A stretch of 19,413 nucleotides of DNA from Caecitellus pseudoparvulus (taxonomy: Eukaryota > Protista > Bigyra: Bicosoecida), in the NCBI GenBank assembly GCA_965644315.1, contig CBFFRQ010000178.1:1-19413 (forward strand), given 5' to 3'. Both the position numbers and the translations under genes were made by a program. Under the pieces are notes generated by a model. It ran no database searches, was not told the origin of the DNA, and saw only the letters and a program-made list of their open reading frames with translations. Of this stretch, positions 8,543 to 18,100 are shown one piece after another. Numbering within the stretch: position 1 is the stretch's first letter; each line of letters begins with the position of its first letter.

Positions 8543-8721
8543 CCGAGGTTGCCGGCACCCCAGCCGGCAACCATGTTTCCCGGCAGGAGGGGCGGCGGGC
8601 AGTCCCACGCTAGTGGCACAATTGTCCCCCGCCGCCCCAACGCAGAGTAGACGACGGCAGGACCGGGCATGACAAAACCAGTCATTAGCCGGCCTCGTCA
8701 CTCTCTTTCCTTTTTTTTCGA
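8543..8721 (+). repeat. Split direct repeat A1
   Basis: CCGAGGTTGCCGGC...CTCTCTTTCC(T)8CGA, identical to 14027-14214 except in the terminal pyrimidine tract. Confidence 0.96.
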
Positions 8722-8722
8722 G

Positions 8723-10804
8723 ATGGCATCGGATGATCCAGCTTCCAGCGACACGGAGGGCGGAAGCTGGGAGGACATCCACGACAAAATGATGTCTGTC
8801 AACTCCGCCAAGCAAGCCAAGGCGCTCATAACGGAGCAGGAGTTCGAGTACTGGCTGAAGTGGGCGGATTCTGAGGATTTTGGTAAGATGGAGGCCGCTT
8901 GGCGCCTCCGGGAGGTGCCCGAGGGATTCCGGGCAGATCGCATGCGATCCCTCATTGCGGGCAGAGCTTTCCGCCTCCCCGCTGACGGTGCCCCTCATCG
9001 CGCAGGCGGCTCACCACGGGGGCACGGCACGAAGCGAACCCGTCCGCGCGGTGCGAGCAGTGGCACGCCCTACGGCCCGCACCTACCCCCGCGCCCGACC
9101 CAGCCGGACGCAGTCGCAGGCGACCTCCCGCAAGATCCCGCCACAGTGCTTACGTGGTTCCTGCAGAGGGGAGCGACGGTGCCGAGCGAGGACGTCGCCG
9201 TGCAGCTGCAGTTCTACGTGGGCTTGGCAACGGAGGAGACATCGCCGTACGCCCTCTCCGCTTGGCCTCCACGGCGCTTCGCCGCATGGTGCAGACTCAA
9301 CGGTATTCCCCCCGACCTCACCCCCGACGACATCGTGATGCATTTGCAGCGGGTCCTGGAGGCCGCGCTGGCGGGCGACGACGACTTTGGCGACGACGAT
9401 GCCGGCGCCCCGTTCTTTCCCGTTTTCCCGGGCACCACACCGGATGCCGCCCGGTTACAGCCCCGTGCGGCGGCCCCGGGTCACCCCCGGCCTCCAAGAG
9501 GCACAGGGCGGCCTATAGCCCGCAGCCCCCCTCCCCCGTGGGGCGGCGGAGCCTCGCCGGCAGTCCACCCCGAAGGCGGGTCGGCTGTTTTCGGTCACAT
9601 GGGGGAGAACAGCGGTCGGTCGTCGCCAGCCGACGAGGTACTGGTCACTGTAGGCGCGCTGCGGGTCATTGGGCCGACCGCACACCCCTCGTCGGCGGTG
9701 GCCCGGGACCGCCTGTCAGCCTTGGGGGCAGTTTTCGCTGCGGGGACCACAGACGCCTTGACCACGGTGGCTGTCGAGATGGCTGAGGCTGCTGCACGAG
9801 AGGTGCCCGCAGCAACGGGCCCAGTGCCGTCAGGTACGTTCCTGTCCCGCCAGCTCCCCCCCCACTCGCCCCGCGTGCCCGCTCCCGGCGACCCGTCCTG
9901 GCTCACAGCCCCCGGCGATGAGGTAGCCCCGCCGTCCGCGTCGGTCATGATGGACGACGCTATGGACGTAGTGACTGCTGTACGCCTGGTGCAAGGGAGG
10001 GTGGAAGTTACAGTTGACCCAACCCATCTAGTGGCAGTAACTGGGGCGGGTGCCCTGTCGGCATGCCACATGCTGGGCAACCGTGGGGGCGCTTGGTGGC
10101 TTGCTGCGATGACCAGGGACTTGCTGACGGCGCCTTCCGACGACCTCCACCGCTCCCTCCGAGCGTTCTGGTGGAAGTGGGCGTCCGAGGTGCCCGCCCT
10201 GGCAGACCAGCGGGGCCTGTGCCGAGCCATGGCGTGCGCACTCCTGATCACAATCGCAGTGCGGGCCGTGGCGCAGACCGCCGCTGCGTTGCCCGAAGGC
10301 CAGCGCAGGCGATGGGCCCAGCTGACGTGGGCCTCCTGGGTGGCCACGTTCCGCACTAACGCCACCATTGTCATGATGGCGTCGGCGACGGGGCAAGCAC
10401 TGGTGGCCAGCTCGCTGGCGCGCGAGGCATGGGCGGCCGGGGCCGCCGCCACACCGATGCCAGGTGCGGGGGGCGGCCCGGCGCAAACCCCCGCTCGTGG
10501 CCCTCCCGCGGGGCTGTACCGGCAGGACGACCCGAGCACATTCGTGTGGTGCCCCGGGTGCGTCGGATCCGACCGGCGGCGCCGGTCGCTGGCATCCTGC
10601 CCACGCCTGGCCCAGCATGTGGCCCACCTGCGCCGGACCCACACAGTCGGAGGTAAGCCCGCAGAACTTACCCAGGCGCAGGCAGTGGCCATGCTGGTGC
10701 GCCAGTGGGAGCGGAAGGTGGCATCCAAGGGACGTGACTTCCAGCGGCGCATGCAGCCCCGCGCTGTCACCACGGCCATGGTGGAGGCAGCTCTCAGCCT
10801 CTAG
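8723..10804 (+). CDS. Retrotransposon ORF1 (Gag-like by position), with a C-terminal CxxC...H...H motif
   Basis: ATG lies immediately after A1; long Pro/Ala-rich ORF preceding RT; motif CPGC...RLAQHVAHLRRTH near the C-terminus. The Gag assignment is positional only. Confidence 0.8.
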   Translation: MASDDPASSDTEGGSWEDIHDKMMSVNSAKQAKALITEQEFEYWLKWADSEDFGKMEAAWRLREVPEGFRADRMRSLIAGRAFRLPADGAPHRAGGSPRGHGTKRTRPRGASSGTPYGPHLPPRPTQPDAVAGDLPQDPATVLTWFLQRGATVPSEDVAVQLQFYVGLATEETSPYALSAWPPRRFAAWCRLNGIPPDLTPDDIVMHLQRVLEAALAGDDDFGDDDAGAPFFPVFPGTTPDAARLQPRAAAPGHPRPPRGTGRPIARSPPPPWGGGASPAVHPEGGSAVFGHMGENSGRSSPADEVLVTVGALRVIGPTAHPSSAVARDRLSALGAVFAAGTTDALTTVAVEMAEAAAREVPAATGPVPSGTFLSRQLPPHSPRVPAPGDPSWLTAPGDEVAPPSASVMMDDAMDVVTAVRLVQGRVEVTVDPTHLVAVTGAGALSACHMLGNRGGAWWLAAMTRDLLTAPSDDLHRSLRAFWWKWASEVPALADQRGLCRAMACALLITIAVRAVAQTAAALPEGQRRRWAQLTWASWVATFRTNATIVMMASATGQALVASSLAREAWAAGAAATPMPGAGGGPAQTPARGPPAGLYRQDDPSTFVWCPGCVGSDRRRRSLASCPRLAQHVAHLRRTHTVGGKPAELTQAQAVAMLVRQWERKVASKGRDFQRRMQPRAVTTAMVEAALSL

Positions 10805-13023
10805 GAGGTGGGCCGGAGCGCGGTGGTGAGAGCGACCACGGGGTACCGGGCCGTGCCCGTGGAGTGGAGGGCTGCCGCCCCGCTCTCGACAGACCACCGC
10901 GCCATGGCCGTGCTCATCGAATCAATGGTCCAGCAGCTGCATGGGGACCGTTGTTGGACTCCACCGGGGCTCTTCGAGGACATCTTGCGTGGGGGCTTGG
11001 ACTGGGGCCCCCACCCCGTGGTCTCATACTGGGGTTGCCAGGAGGCCCACGCTGACGTGTGTCCCGCATGCGGCGAGACCACTTCCAGATTACGGCAGCT
11101 TGAGCGGTGCGCAGCCATGCGACTGCTCACCGTGGTCACGCTGCGCGGGTGGGACCCCGCTTGGCTGCTGTTCCGCCGCCCCCCGGCAGCGGCATCCCCG
11201 TCCTCGGCATACGTGCTGCAGCCGCACGACGAGCGGGCGGGGGCAGCGGCCTATGACGCCTTCGCGGCTGCGCGCGTGCTGCAGCCGGTCACCCCCCAGC
11301 AGCTGCAGCAGCACCGAAAGATGGGGGGGCCAGCCGCTTCTGCCTTCGTTGTCACGACATGGGCCCCCCAGCCGGGCGTCAGCGACGAAGCTCTGCGACA
11401 GTGGGCTGCTGCGAACCCAGGCGAGGCGGTGCAGGCCGCCAGCTCTTCCCGCGCGCCCGCCCGCCCGAGCCGCCTGTTCCGGGCCAAGCAGCGGGTGGTG
11501 TACGATCTGGCAGCCGTCAACCAGGCCTCAGTGAGCCCCCCATTCCACTACCCCACGCTGGAGAGCTGGGCGCTGCGCCTCCCGCCGAACTCGGACTGTG
11601 TTGTCCTGGACGTGGAAGCAGGGTACACGGCCATCCCCATCGCTCCGTCGGGCGCCGGACTGTTCACCATGCTCGCCCAGGGCAGGCCAGCCTTCCGCAT
11701 GCTTCGGATGGCCTTCGGGTACAGCCCGGCCGGGGCCATTTTCTGCTTTTTTTCTGGACTTCTGGGCGCCAAGATCGAAGCGGCGTTCCCAGCAGGGCAT
11801 GTGGTTGTGTACGTAGACGACGTCGGGCTTGGGGGAGCTACGTTGGGGCCACGGCCATCGATCGTGCCCAAGATAACTCAACTGTTCGAGGACGTGGGCT
11901 TCCGGGTGTCGCGCAAGAAGACGCAAGGGCCACAGCGCGTCGTTCAGTACTTGGGGATGGTGGTCAGGTGTGCCCCGTGTGGGGTGTACCTTGAGTGTCC
12001 TCAAGCCAAACGAACTCAGCTGCGGTGGCAGCTGGCCGCGGTCCTTAATCGCCTCGGCGCTTGCTCCACCATCCCCAAGCGCGTTTTCGCCGCGGTCACA
12101 GGGCGCTTGCACGGCCTGTCGGCCGTGGTGCCCCACGCAAAACAAACGCTGTCGCTCTTGTACGACACCATGCGCACACACAAGTACCGCGTCGGCCCCC
12201 CGGCGCTCTCGTGCCTGTCCCCCCGGCGTCGCACGGGGCCCTGCGGACCCTCCTTGAGGCCCTCGGTGGGCCGTTATCGACGGGCCCGATGCGCCCGCTC
12301 TCCCCACTGTCAAGCAGGTGGCGCGCCGCCCTCTTTGGCTCGTGCGACGCGTCGGGGGAAGGCGGGCTGGGGGCAACAGTGTCGAGGTGGGCAGGGCCAG
12401 GAGAACGCACAGACTCCGCTTGGTACGCGTCCATGCGCATCCCCGGCACAGCCCCGGGCGAGGAGCTCGTGGGAGCCTCCACGATGCTGGAGCTGTACGC
12501 AATCGCCTTGGCTATGGCAATGGCGCGGCATGTTTTTCCCGAGCCGGGGCCGCTGCTGCTATGCCTAGCTGCGGACAGCCAGGCAGCGGTGGCGCTGGCG
12601 CGACGAGGGTACAGCAAGCACAGCCGTGAACTCACGCGCGTCTGCGGGGTCCTCGAGCGGGTTTCCCGCGTTTTGGACGTCCACTTGGCGCCTCGGTGGA
12701 TCCCGAGGAGCCTGAATTGGCGGGCGGACGCCCTCAGCCACCCCGAAAGGGTGGATAGCAGCACACCGGCAGCGCTCGGCCTCCCGCCAGGGCAACCAGC
12801 CGAGCTGGAGGTATCAGCAGGGGGAAGCAGCGCCGCTGAGCGGTGGCATGATGTGTCCCTAGACGTAGGGCCGTCGGGAAAGGCCGGGGCGGGCACCGCG
12901 TGGATTCACTCAGCTCAACTCTCCGTCGCCCTGCACAGACACACTCTGGATAAGGAAGCAGACCTTCTGGCAGATGATCAGGGCCATCCCCGCGTCCCCG
13001 ATCAGCAGGATTCACCAACATAG
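10805..13023 (+). CDS. Reverse transcriptase-RNase H (DIRS/Ngaro-type), split by an apparent 1-nt frameshift at ~12196-12201
   Basis: RT motifs: KQRVVYDL..VN, VVLDVEAGYTAIPI, RMAFGYSPAG, YVDD (11810-11821), VSRKKT, YLG. RNase H motifs in the -1 frame: GSCDASG, STMLELYAI, AADSQAAV, WIPRSLNWRADALS. Confidence 0.93.
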
Positions 13024-13873
13024 GCTGGCAAAGGGGACGGTGGTCAAGTACGTTCGCGCGGTTGCTGGCCTGATCAGGGCCGCTCCAGCACCCCGGGACA
13101 GGGCGCGGACCATGGTGGGCATCTTAACGGGCGGCGTGGCCGCAGGCAGATGGGCCCCCCATCGGGCGAAGCAGATCCTGGCGCAATGGGTCGGTGGTTT
13201 TAGGTATCTGGGCCTGCCAATCCCGTCGCTAGCCCCGCTGGGGCTCACAGTCGGCAGCATCTGCCGGGCAATCCGCCGGCTCCACCGAGGGAGAGGGGAG
13301 CAACACCGCCGCCCTATCAGCAAAGAACAAGTCATGGAGGCCATGAAGCGGGCATGGGACGGGCCACACCTCGGGAGGCATGCCCCAACTGCCGCCGCAG
13401 CTATCTACATCGGCTTTCATGGCATGTGCAGGCCGGGAGAGCTCCGGGGCCTGCGATGGGAGGAGTTGCACTTCGGGCGGGCGGGCCCCCTGCAGTGGGT
13501 GGAGGCCAGGGTCACGGATAAAACGCACCTGAGTGCAAACCGCCACATCCAGGTGGTGCGCCAGGCCGAGTGGGCGGGGGCCTTCGACCGCCTCCGGGAG
13601 CAGGCCCGGGACAAGCGGGGAAGCCTGCTCCCAAGGTGGGCGTGGCTCAGCCTGCAAGGCATCCTGAAGGCTGTAGCGGGCGTGTCCTTGGCCCACCTGA
13701 GACCCGGGGGCAATATGTTCTGGACAGGCCGGGCCCCCGACGTCTTGGTGGAGCACGCGGCGGGCTGGGCGGCTGGCTCCCCCACCCGGGCACGATACTA
13801 CACCCAGGGGGGGGGGGAGGGGGCGAGGCTGTGGCACGAGGCCATGACACCCAGGGGAGGAAGCAAGCATTGA
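12974..13873 (+). CDS. Tyrosine recombinase (DIRS/Ngaro YR integrase), 299 aa
   Basis: N-terminal LAKGTVVKY, then GFHGMCRPGEL (catalytic R), DKT (K), AHLRPGG (H-x-R variant of HxxR), AGW, RYY (catalytic Y). Overlaps the end of the RNase H frame by 50 nt. Confidence 0.92.
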   Translation: MIRAIPASPISRIHQHRLAKGTVVKYVRAVAGLIRAAPAPRDRARTMVGILTGGVAAGRWAPHRAKQILAQWVGGFRYLGLPIPSLAPLGLTVGSICRAIRRLHRGRGEQHRRPISKEQVMEAMKRAWDGPHLGRHAPTAAAAIYIGFHGMCRPGELRGLRWEELHFGRAGPLQWVEARVTDKTHLSANRHIQVVRQAEWAGAFDRLREQARDKRGSLLPRWAWLSLQGILKAVAGVSLAHLRPGGNMFWTGRAPDVLVEHAAGWAAGSPTRARYYTQGGGEGARLWHEAMTPRGGSKH

Positions 13874-13878
13874 AAAGT

Positions 13879-14028
13879 ATTGGCGGGTGCCGCAAGGAGG
13901 CGTCCCCTCCCCCAAGAGATGCAGCGAGCCCTGGTGGCCGCTGGCATAGAGGGGAGGGGACGGCCTCGAGGCGGGCCCAGTTCAATGCATTTCGATTGCC
14001 ACGCACAACGCACCAACACGAGGGAACC
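13879..14028 (+). repeat. Split direct repeat B1
   Basis: ATTGGCGGGTGCC...ACACGAGGGAACC, matching 14214-14366 apart from two homopolymer lengths. Confidence 0.96.
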
Positions 14029-14214
14029 GAGGTTGCCGGCACCCCAGCCGGCAACCATGTTTCCCGGCAGGAGGGGCGGCGGGCAGTCCCACGCTAGTGG
14101 CACAATTGTCCCCCGCCGCCCCAACGCAGAGTAGACGACGGCAGGACCGGGCATGACAAAACCAGTCATTAGCCGGCCTCGTCACTCTCTTTCCTTTTTT
14201 TTTCTTTTTCTCGA
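14027..14214 (+). repeat. Split direct repeat A2
   Basis: Copy of 8543-8721. Confidence 0.96.
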
Positions 14215-14366
14215 TTGGCGGGTGCCGCAAGGAGGCGTCCCCTCCCCCAAGAGATGCAGCGAGCCCTGGTGGCCGCTGGCATAGAGGGGGGAGGGGACGG
14301 CCTCGAGGCGGGCCCAGTTCAATGCATTTCGATTGCCACGCACAACGCACCAACACGAGGGAAACC
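14214..14366 (+). repeat. Split direct repeat B2 (right terminus of the element)
   Basis: Copy of 13879-14028 (G6 vs G4, A3 vs A2). Confidence 0.96.
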
Positions 14367-14606
14367 ATTGCCCCCACATCACACACGGCCACCTGCACGC
14401 CAGCCGCCCACGATGATGCTGCTGTGCATGGCCTGCGCCTGGCTGCATCGCGGCGCACAGTGGACTGCCCTGACCACGGGCCCGTCCTCCAGCACCACCC
14501 GCAACGCCGCCCGTGTTTCCACGGCGTTTCCTCACACCCATCCACAGCCCACTGACCACACCCCACAGCACACTGACCACACGCCACACGCCACACACAT
14601 CTGGAC

Positions 14607-15086
14607 ATGGCCGGGACCCCACCCCAGGGCCCCGCTCTCGCTGACCTCGCCGCCGGTGCAGCCGTGGCCACGGGAGTGCACCTGGCGAGCCAAGCTGCCG
14701 GCACTGTTGCTGGCGCGGGCCTCAGCCTGGCATCCACCGCCATGACGGAGGGCACACGGGCCGTGGGCGGTGACGTGGCCGCGGCAGCTGTGGCAGGTGT
14801 GTGTGGTGCTGGGTGTGCCCTGGCCGCGACAGCCGCCAGCACCACCGGCACAGTGGCCAGTGCGGCGGCTGGCGCAGTCACGTCCGTGGCGGTGACGGCT
14901 GTAGGCTCCGCGGCGCTGCATGGTGTGCGTGCGGCGAGCGCGGGTGTGGAGGGTGGTCAGGGCGGGCATGGGGATGTGTGGAGGTGCAGGGGGGGGTGTC
15001 CGCTGTGGTGTGAGGTGGATGATGGGTATGTGTGTGTGTCTCGTCCGGGAGGGTGTGTAAGGGGCAGGAGTGGTGGAGAGGGATGA
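14607..15086 (+). CDS. Ala/Gly/Thr-rich hydrophobic protein, paralog of exon 5567-6052, lacking an intact Myb exon
   Basis: Near-identical translation to 5573-6052. The upstream sequence differs and lacks the CTGCAG acceptor. Confidence 0.55.
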   Translation: MAGTPPQGPALADLAAGAAVATGVHLASQAAGTVAGAGLSLASTAMTEGTRAVGGDVAAAAVAGVCGAGCALAATAASTTGTVASAAAGAVTSVAVTAVGSAALHGVRAASAGVEGGQGGHGDVWRCRGGCPLWCEVDDGYVCVSRPGGCVRGRSGGEG

Positions 15087-15112
15087 GGTGGTGTGCATTG
15101 TGGGCATAGTGG

Positions 15113-18100
15113 TCATGCGTGTAGGGTGCGGATGTGTCTCTTGAGGTCGCCAGCTCTTCCAAATGTCTTGCCACAGTGCGGGCAGTGGTGATCTTTGACG
15201 CCTTCATGCACGGTGCGGATGTGTCTTTTGAGGTGGCCAGCTTTTCCAAATGTCTTGCCACAGTGCGGACAGTGGTGATCCTTGGCGCCTTGATGCACGG
15301 TGCGGATGTGGACCTTGAGATTGCCAGCCTGGCCGAATGTCTTGTCACAGTGTGGGCAGTGGTGGTCTCGTGCACCTTCATGCACGGTGCGGACATGCCG
15401 CTTGAGTTGCGCAGCTCCACTGAAGCTCTTCCCACACACAATGCACACCACACGACCCCCAGCACCTGCCCCCCCATGACACTCACGCCTGTGCTCCTCC
15501 ACAGCGCCCCACGACCCCAACACCACATCGCACAGCATGCACCGAGGCACGCCTTGCACACGCGCTCCTGCGCCTCGCCCCACATCTGCCCTCGCCGCCC
15601 CAGCCATCTCACCCTCGCCCACGCCCTCGCTGTCGCCCTCGCCACGCGGCATGCTCGTTCCCACATCGCCCAGGGCGTCGCCCCCGTGCCCACTGTCGCC
15701 ACGGCTGTCACTGCTCGCCTCCTCACATGACACCGTGCTGTAGCTGCTGTCGCTGCCACTGCTGTCACTGTCCCACTCGCTGCCACTGCTGTGGCTCCTG
15801 CCACCATCATCGCCCCTGCACTCCTGGTCTTGACTCTCGTCCACGTTAGTACACATGCCAGGCTCCCTAACGCTGCCACCCTCCACGTCATCCCCGTTAT
15901 CACTACTTCCATCGCCAAAGGACGACCTCGCCTGCACACTTCCACTCACAGAGTTTTCCACCCGCCCCACATCGACACGTTCACCCGCATCCGCCTCCCA
16001 CTCCTCGGTGCTGCTGGACCCGCCGCTGCTCGTCCCTCCATGGGCCAAGCTGGGTTGCTGCCCGGGCTCCGTCCATGACCCCGAGCACCAACGCTCCATC
16101 ACTGACTGCCGCTCACGCCACAGCCGTGCATGGGCCTCTATTGCAGGTGAGCCCGGTACACGTTCGCCCGCCACACTTCCATTTCTCAAAATTGAGTGTC
16201 GCAAAGGATGCACGGCACCTGAAGATGAGCTCTCACCCTGCAAGGACAAGTCTGTGCACCAACTGTGTGTCGCAGAGAAGCGCAGTGGCAGTCCGGGTCG
16301 GCACTGAAGTGCATGAAGCACTCCGTGATCCTTGACATGATCTTGAACGGCAGATGTCTTCGGGCTGAACAGAGCAAGTCGAGACATAGAGAGAGCAAGA
16401 GATGGCACGCTTCCACCACTGCCTGCACTCGGTAGCCGTGACCATGGCCCAACCGTGAGACCCCCACTTGACGAAGGAGCAGAGTTCCCGAACCCAAAGA
16501 GTTCAGCCGGCATCCTTGCCTCCATGAATCCCAAATCACCACTGTCCCCCTCTTCACGCAATAGATCCAAGGCGGCTCGCTGGGCAGAATACACCACTGG
16601 TCCAACACTGCCTTGCTTGCCAGCATCAAGTGCATCTGTCAGACCCTCAGTCACTGACCCATTCGTGCACGCATACTGGACAGCAAGCGTCTTGCGAGCT
16701 TCCCTCCTCTCAGTCCGCCGGTATAAGCGAGCGCCCTCTTCACCCACCGCTCGAGTGTACGCCTCCATCACACTCTCAACACCCTCTAGCATGCCCTTCA
16801 CCCACGCCAACCACCAACCACATGCATCCGCCACGCTCATACTGCCGCCGCTAGCCCCATCATCACCCACCACCTCACTCCCACCGCGCTGCAACGCATC
16901 CCTCACACTCACGTGAAACGGTGCTTCCACACTCACAGCACTGCTCGTACCACCCCCGCCACGCTCACACCGACAATCACACCCCAGCGGCGGGATGGGG
17001 TATGGCACTGCCGCCTTCCCCACACCACCCGCCCCCGCCGGCCACACCACCGGCACCCACTGCCCACTGAGTTCCTGCAGGTCCAGGCCCAGGCTTCGCT
17101 TGCACGACTCGGACACCCGCTGTCCCGTCCCAGACGCCACGCGCAGCAGCCACGCCTCCTCGTTCATGGTCGCCGGGTGCATGAAGTGCCCTCTGACGCC
17201 CACCTCCTCCGCCCCGTGCAGCCACGCCGTCGTCTGATCTCCACAGCACCACACCAGCCAATCACCCACCTGCACATGGTGATTGGAAACAGCAGCCCAT
17301 GGCACCATGTGTCCCGTCGTTACCACGGAGATGCCTGAGGACACGTTAGACCGACGGAACACTCCCTCGCCAGGGTAGAGTGCCTCCATATATTCCTGAA
17401 CACCCTCGTCGCTCACTGACTCGTGCAGCACGTGCACCACGCCCGCACTCCGCATTTGCTGGGCTGAGTGCTTGTCAAAATCTGCCTGCACACACCGCAA
17501 GTGGAACTGCACAATGCGCAAGTGCCAGTTCATGATGCTGACCATGCAGGCTGGCAGGCCGCCGCCGCCGCCTGCGTCCAACCCTGCCCCAGCAGCCGTT
17601 GCCGACCCCAGCTCATACGCACCACCCCCCACGCTGCAGCACCAGGCAAAGGCACACCCACTCCATGCCGCCGGACGATGCACAACCCGCCCCCCTGCCT
17701 TGCCCAGTGCAGCAACACCCGCTCGCCCCTCCACTGTCATCCACGACACCACACGCAGGCGCACATCCTCCGGCACTGATGCGTCACACACCCCCTCCGC
17801 ACACTCCCGCTCCGCCATACTGCACATGCCAGGCTGCATACCCGAGAGCTCAAGCACATGTGCCGGGCTCATGACGACGCCAAAGATCGCCATGAACGCC
17901 TGGGCGGCCATGACACTGTCCGCCACACTCTTCACGCCCCACGCCTCTCGCTCACGCTCCGCAGCCCAGGCCTCCTTCTCCACCTGCGCCGACACTTGCG
18001 GCATCACATCCTCGTACAACCCATGCTCCGAGTACGGGTACACCTGCGCACACACGCCATGCCGACACCCTTGCCAGAACACGCAACGCAGCCGCCTCAG

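Larger units (their letters stand above)
8543..14366 (+). mobile_element. Full-length tyrosine-recombinase retrotransposon with split direct repeats (Ngaro/PAT-type, DIRS order)
   Basis: Layout A1-ORF1-RT-RNaseH-YR-B1-A2-B2. No long TSD, only a CC dinucleotide shared by both ends and the internal B1/A2 junction. Confidence 0.95.

Noticed and set aside
8362-8685. N-terminal extension of the zinc-finger ORF (MTGFVMPG...)
   Set aside because: It starts within retrotransposon repeat A1 (the same peptide recurs at 13798..14169), and the paralog supports the Met at 8361.
8547-8700. HDV-like, hammerhead or twister ribozyme in repeat A
   Set aside because: Only superficial similarity (GCCGGC...GGCAAC; GTCCCA). 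No CUGANGA/GAAA core or nested double pseudoknot could be built by eye.
9595-12896. Long antisense and alternative-frame ORFs inside the retrotransposon
   Set aside because: Expected in very GC-rich coding DNA; Arg/Pro/Ala-rich with no motifs.
2340-13023. Genome-wide UAG reassignment as an explanation for the in-frame TAG at 10802
   Set aside because: The long ORFs here have no other internal TAG codons, which a reassigned code would be expected to produce, and TAG appears to terminate the RNase H frame at 13023.
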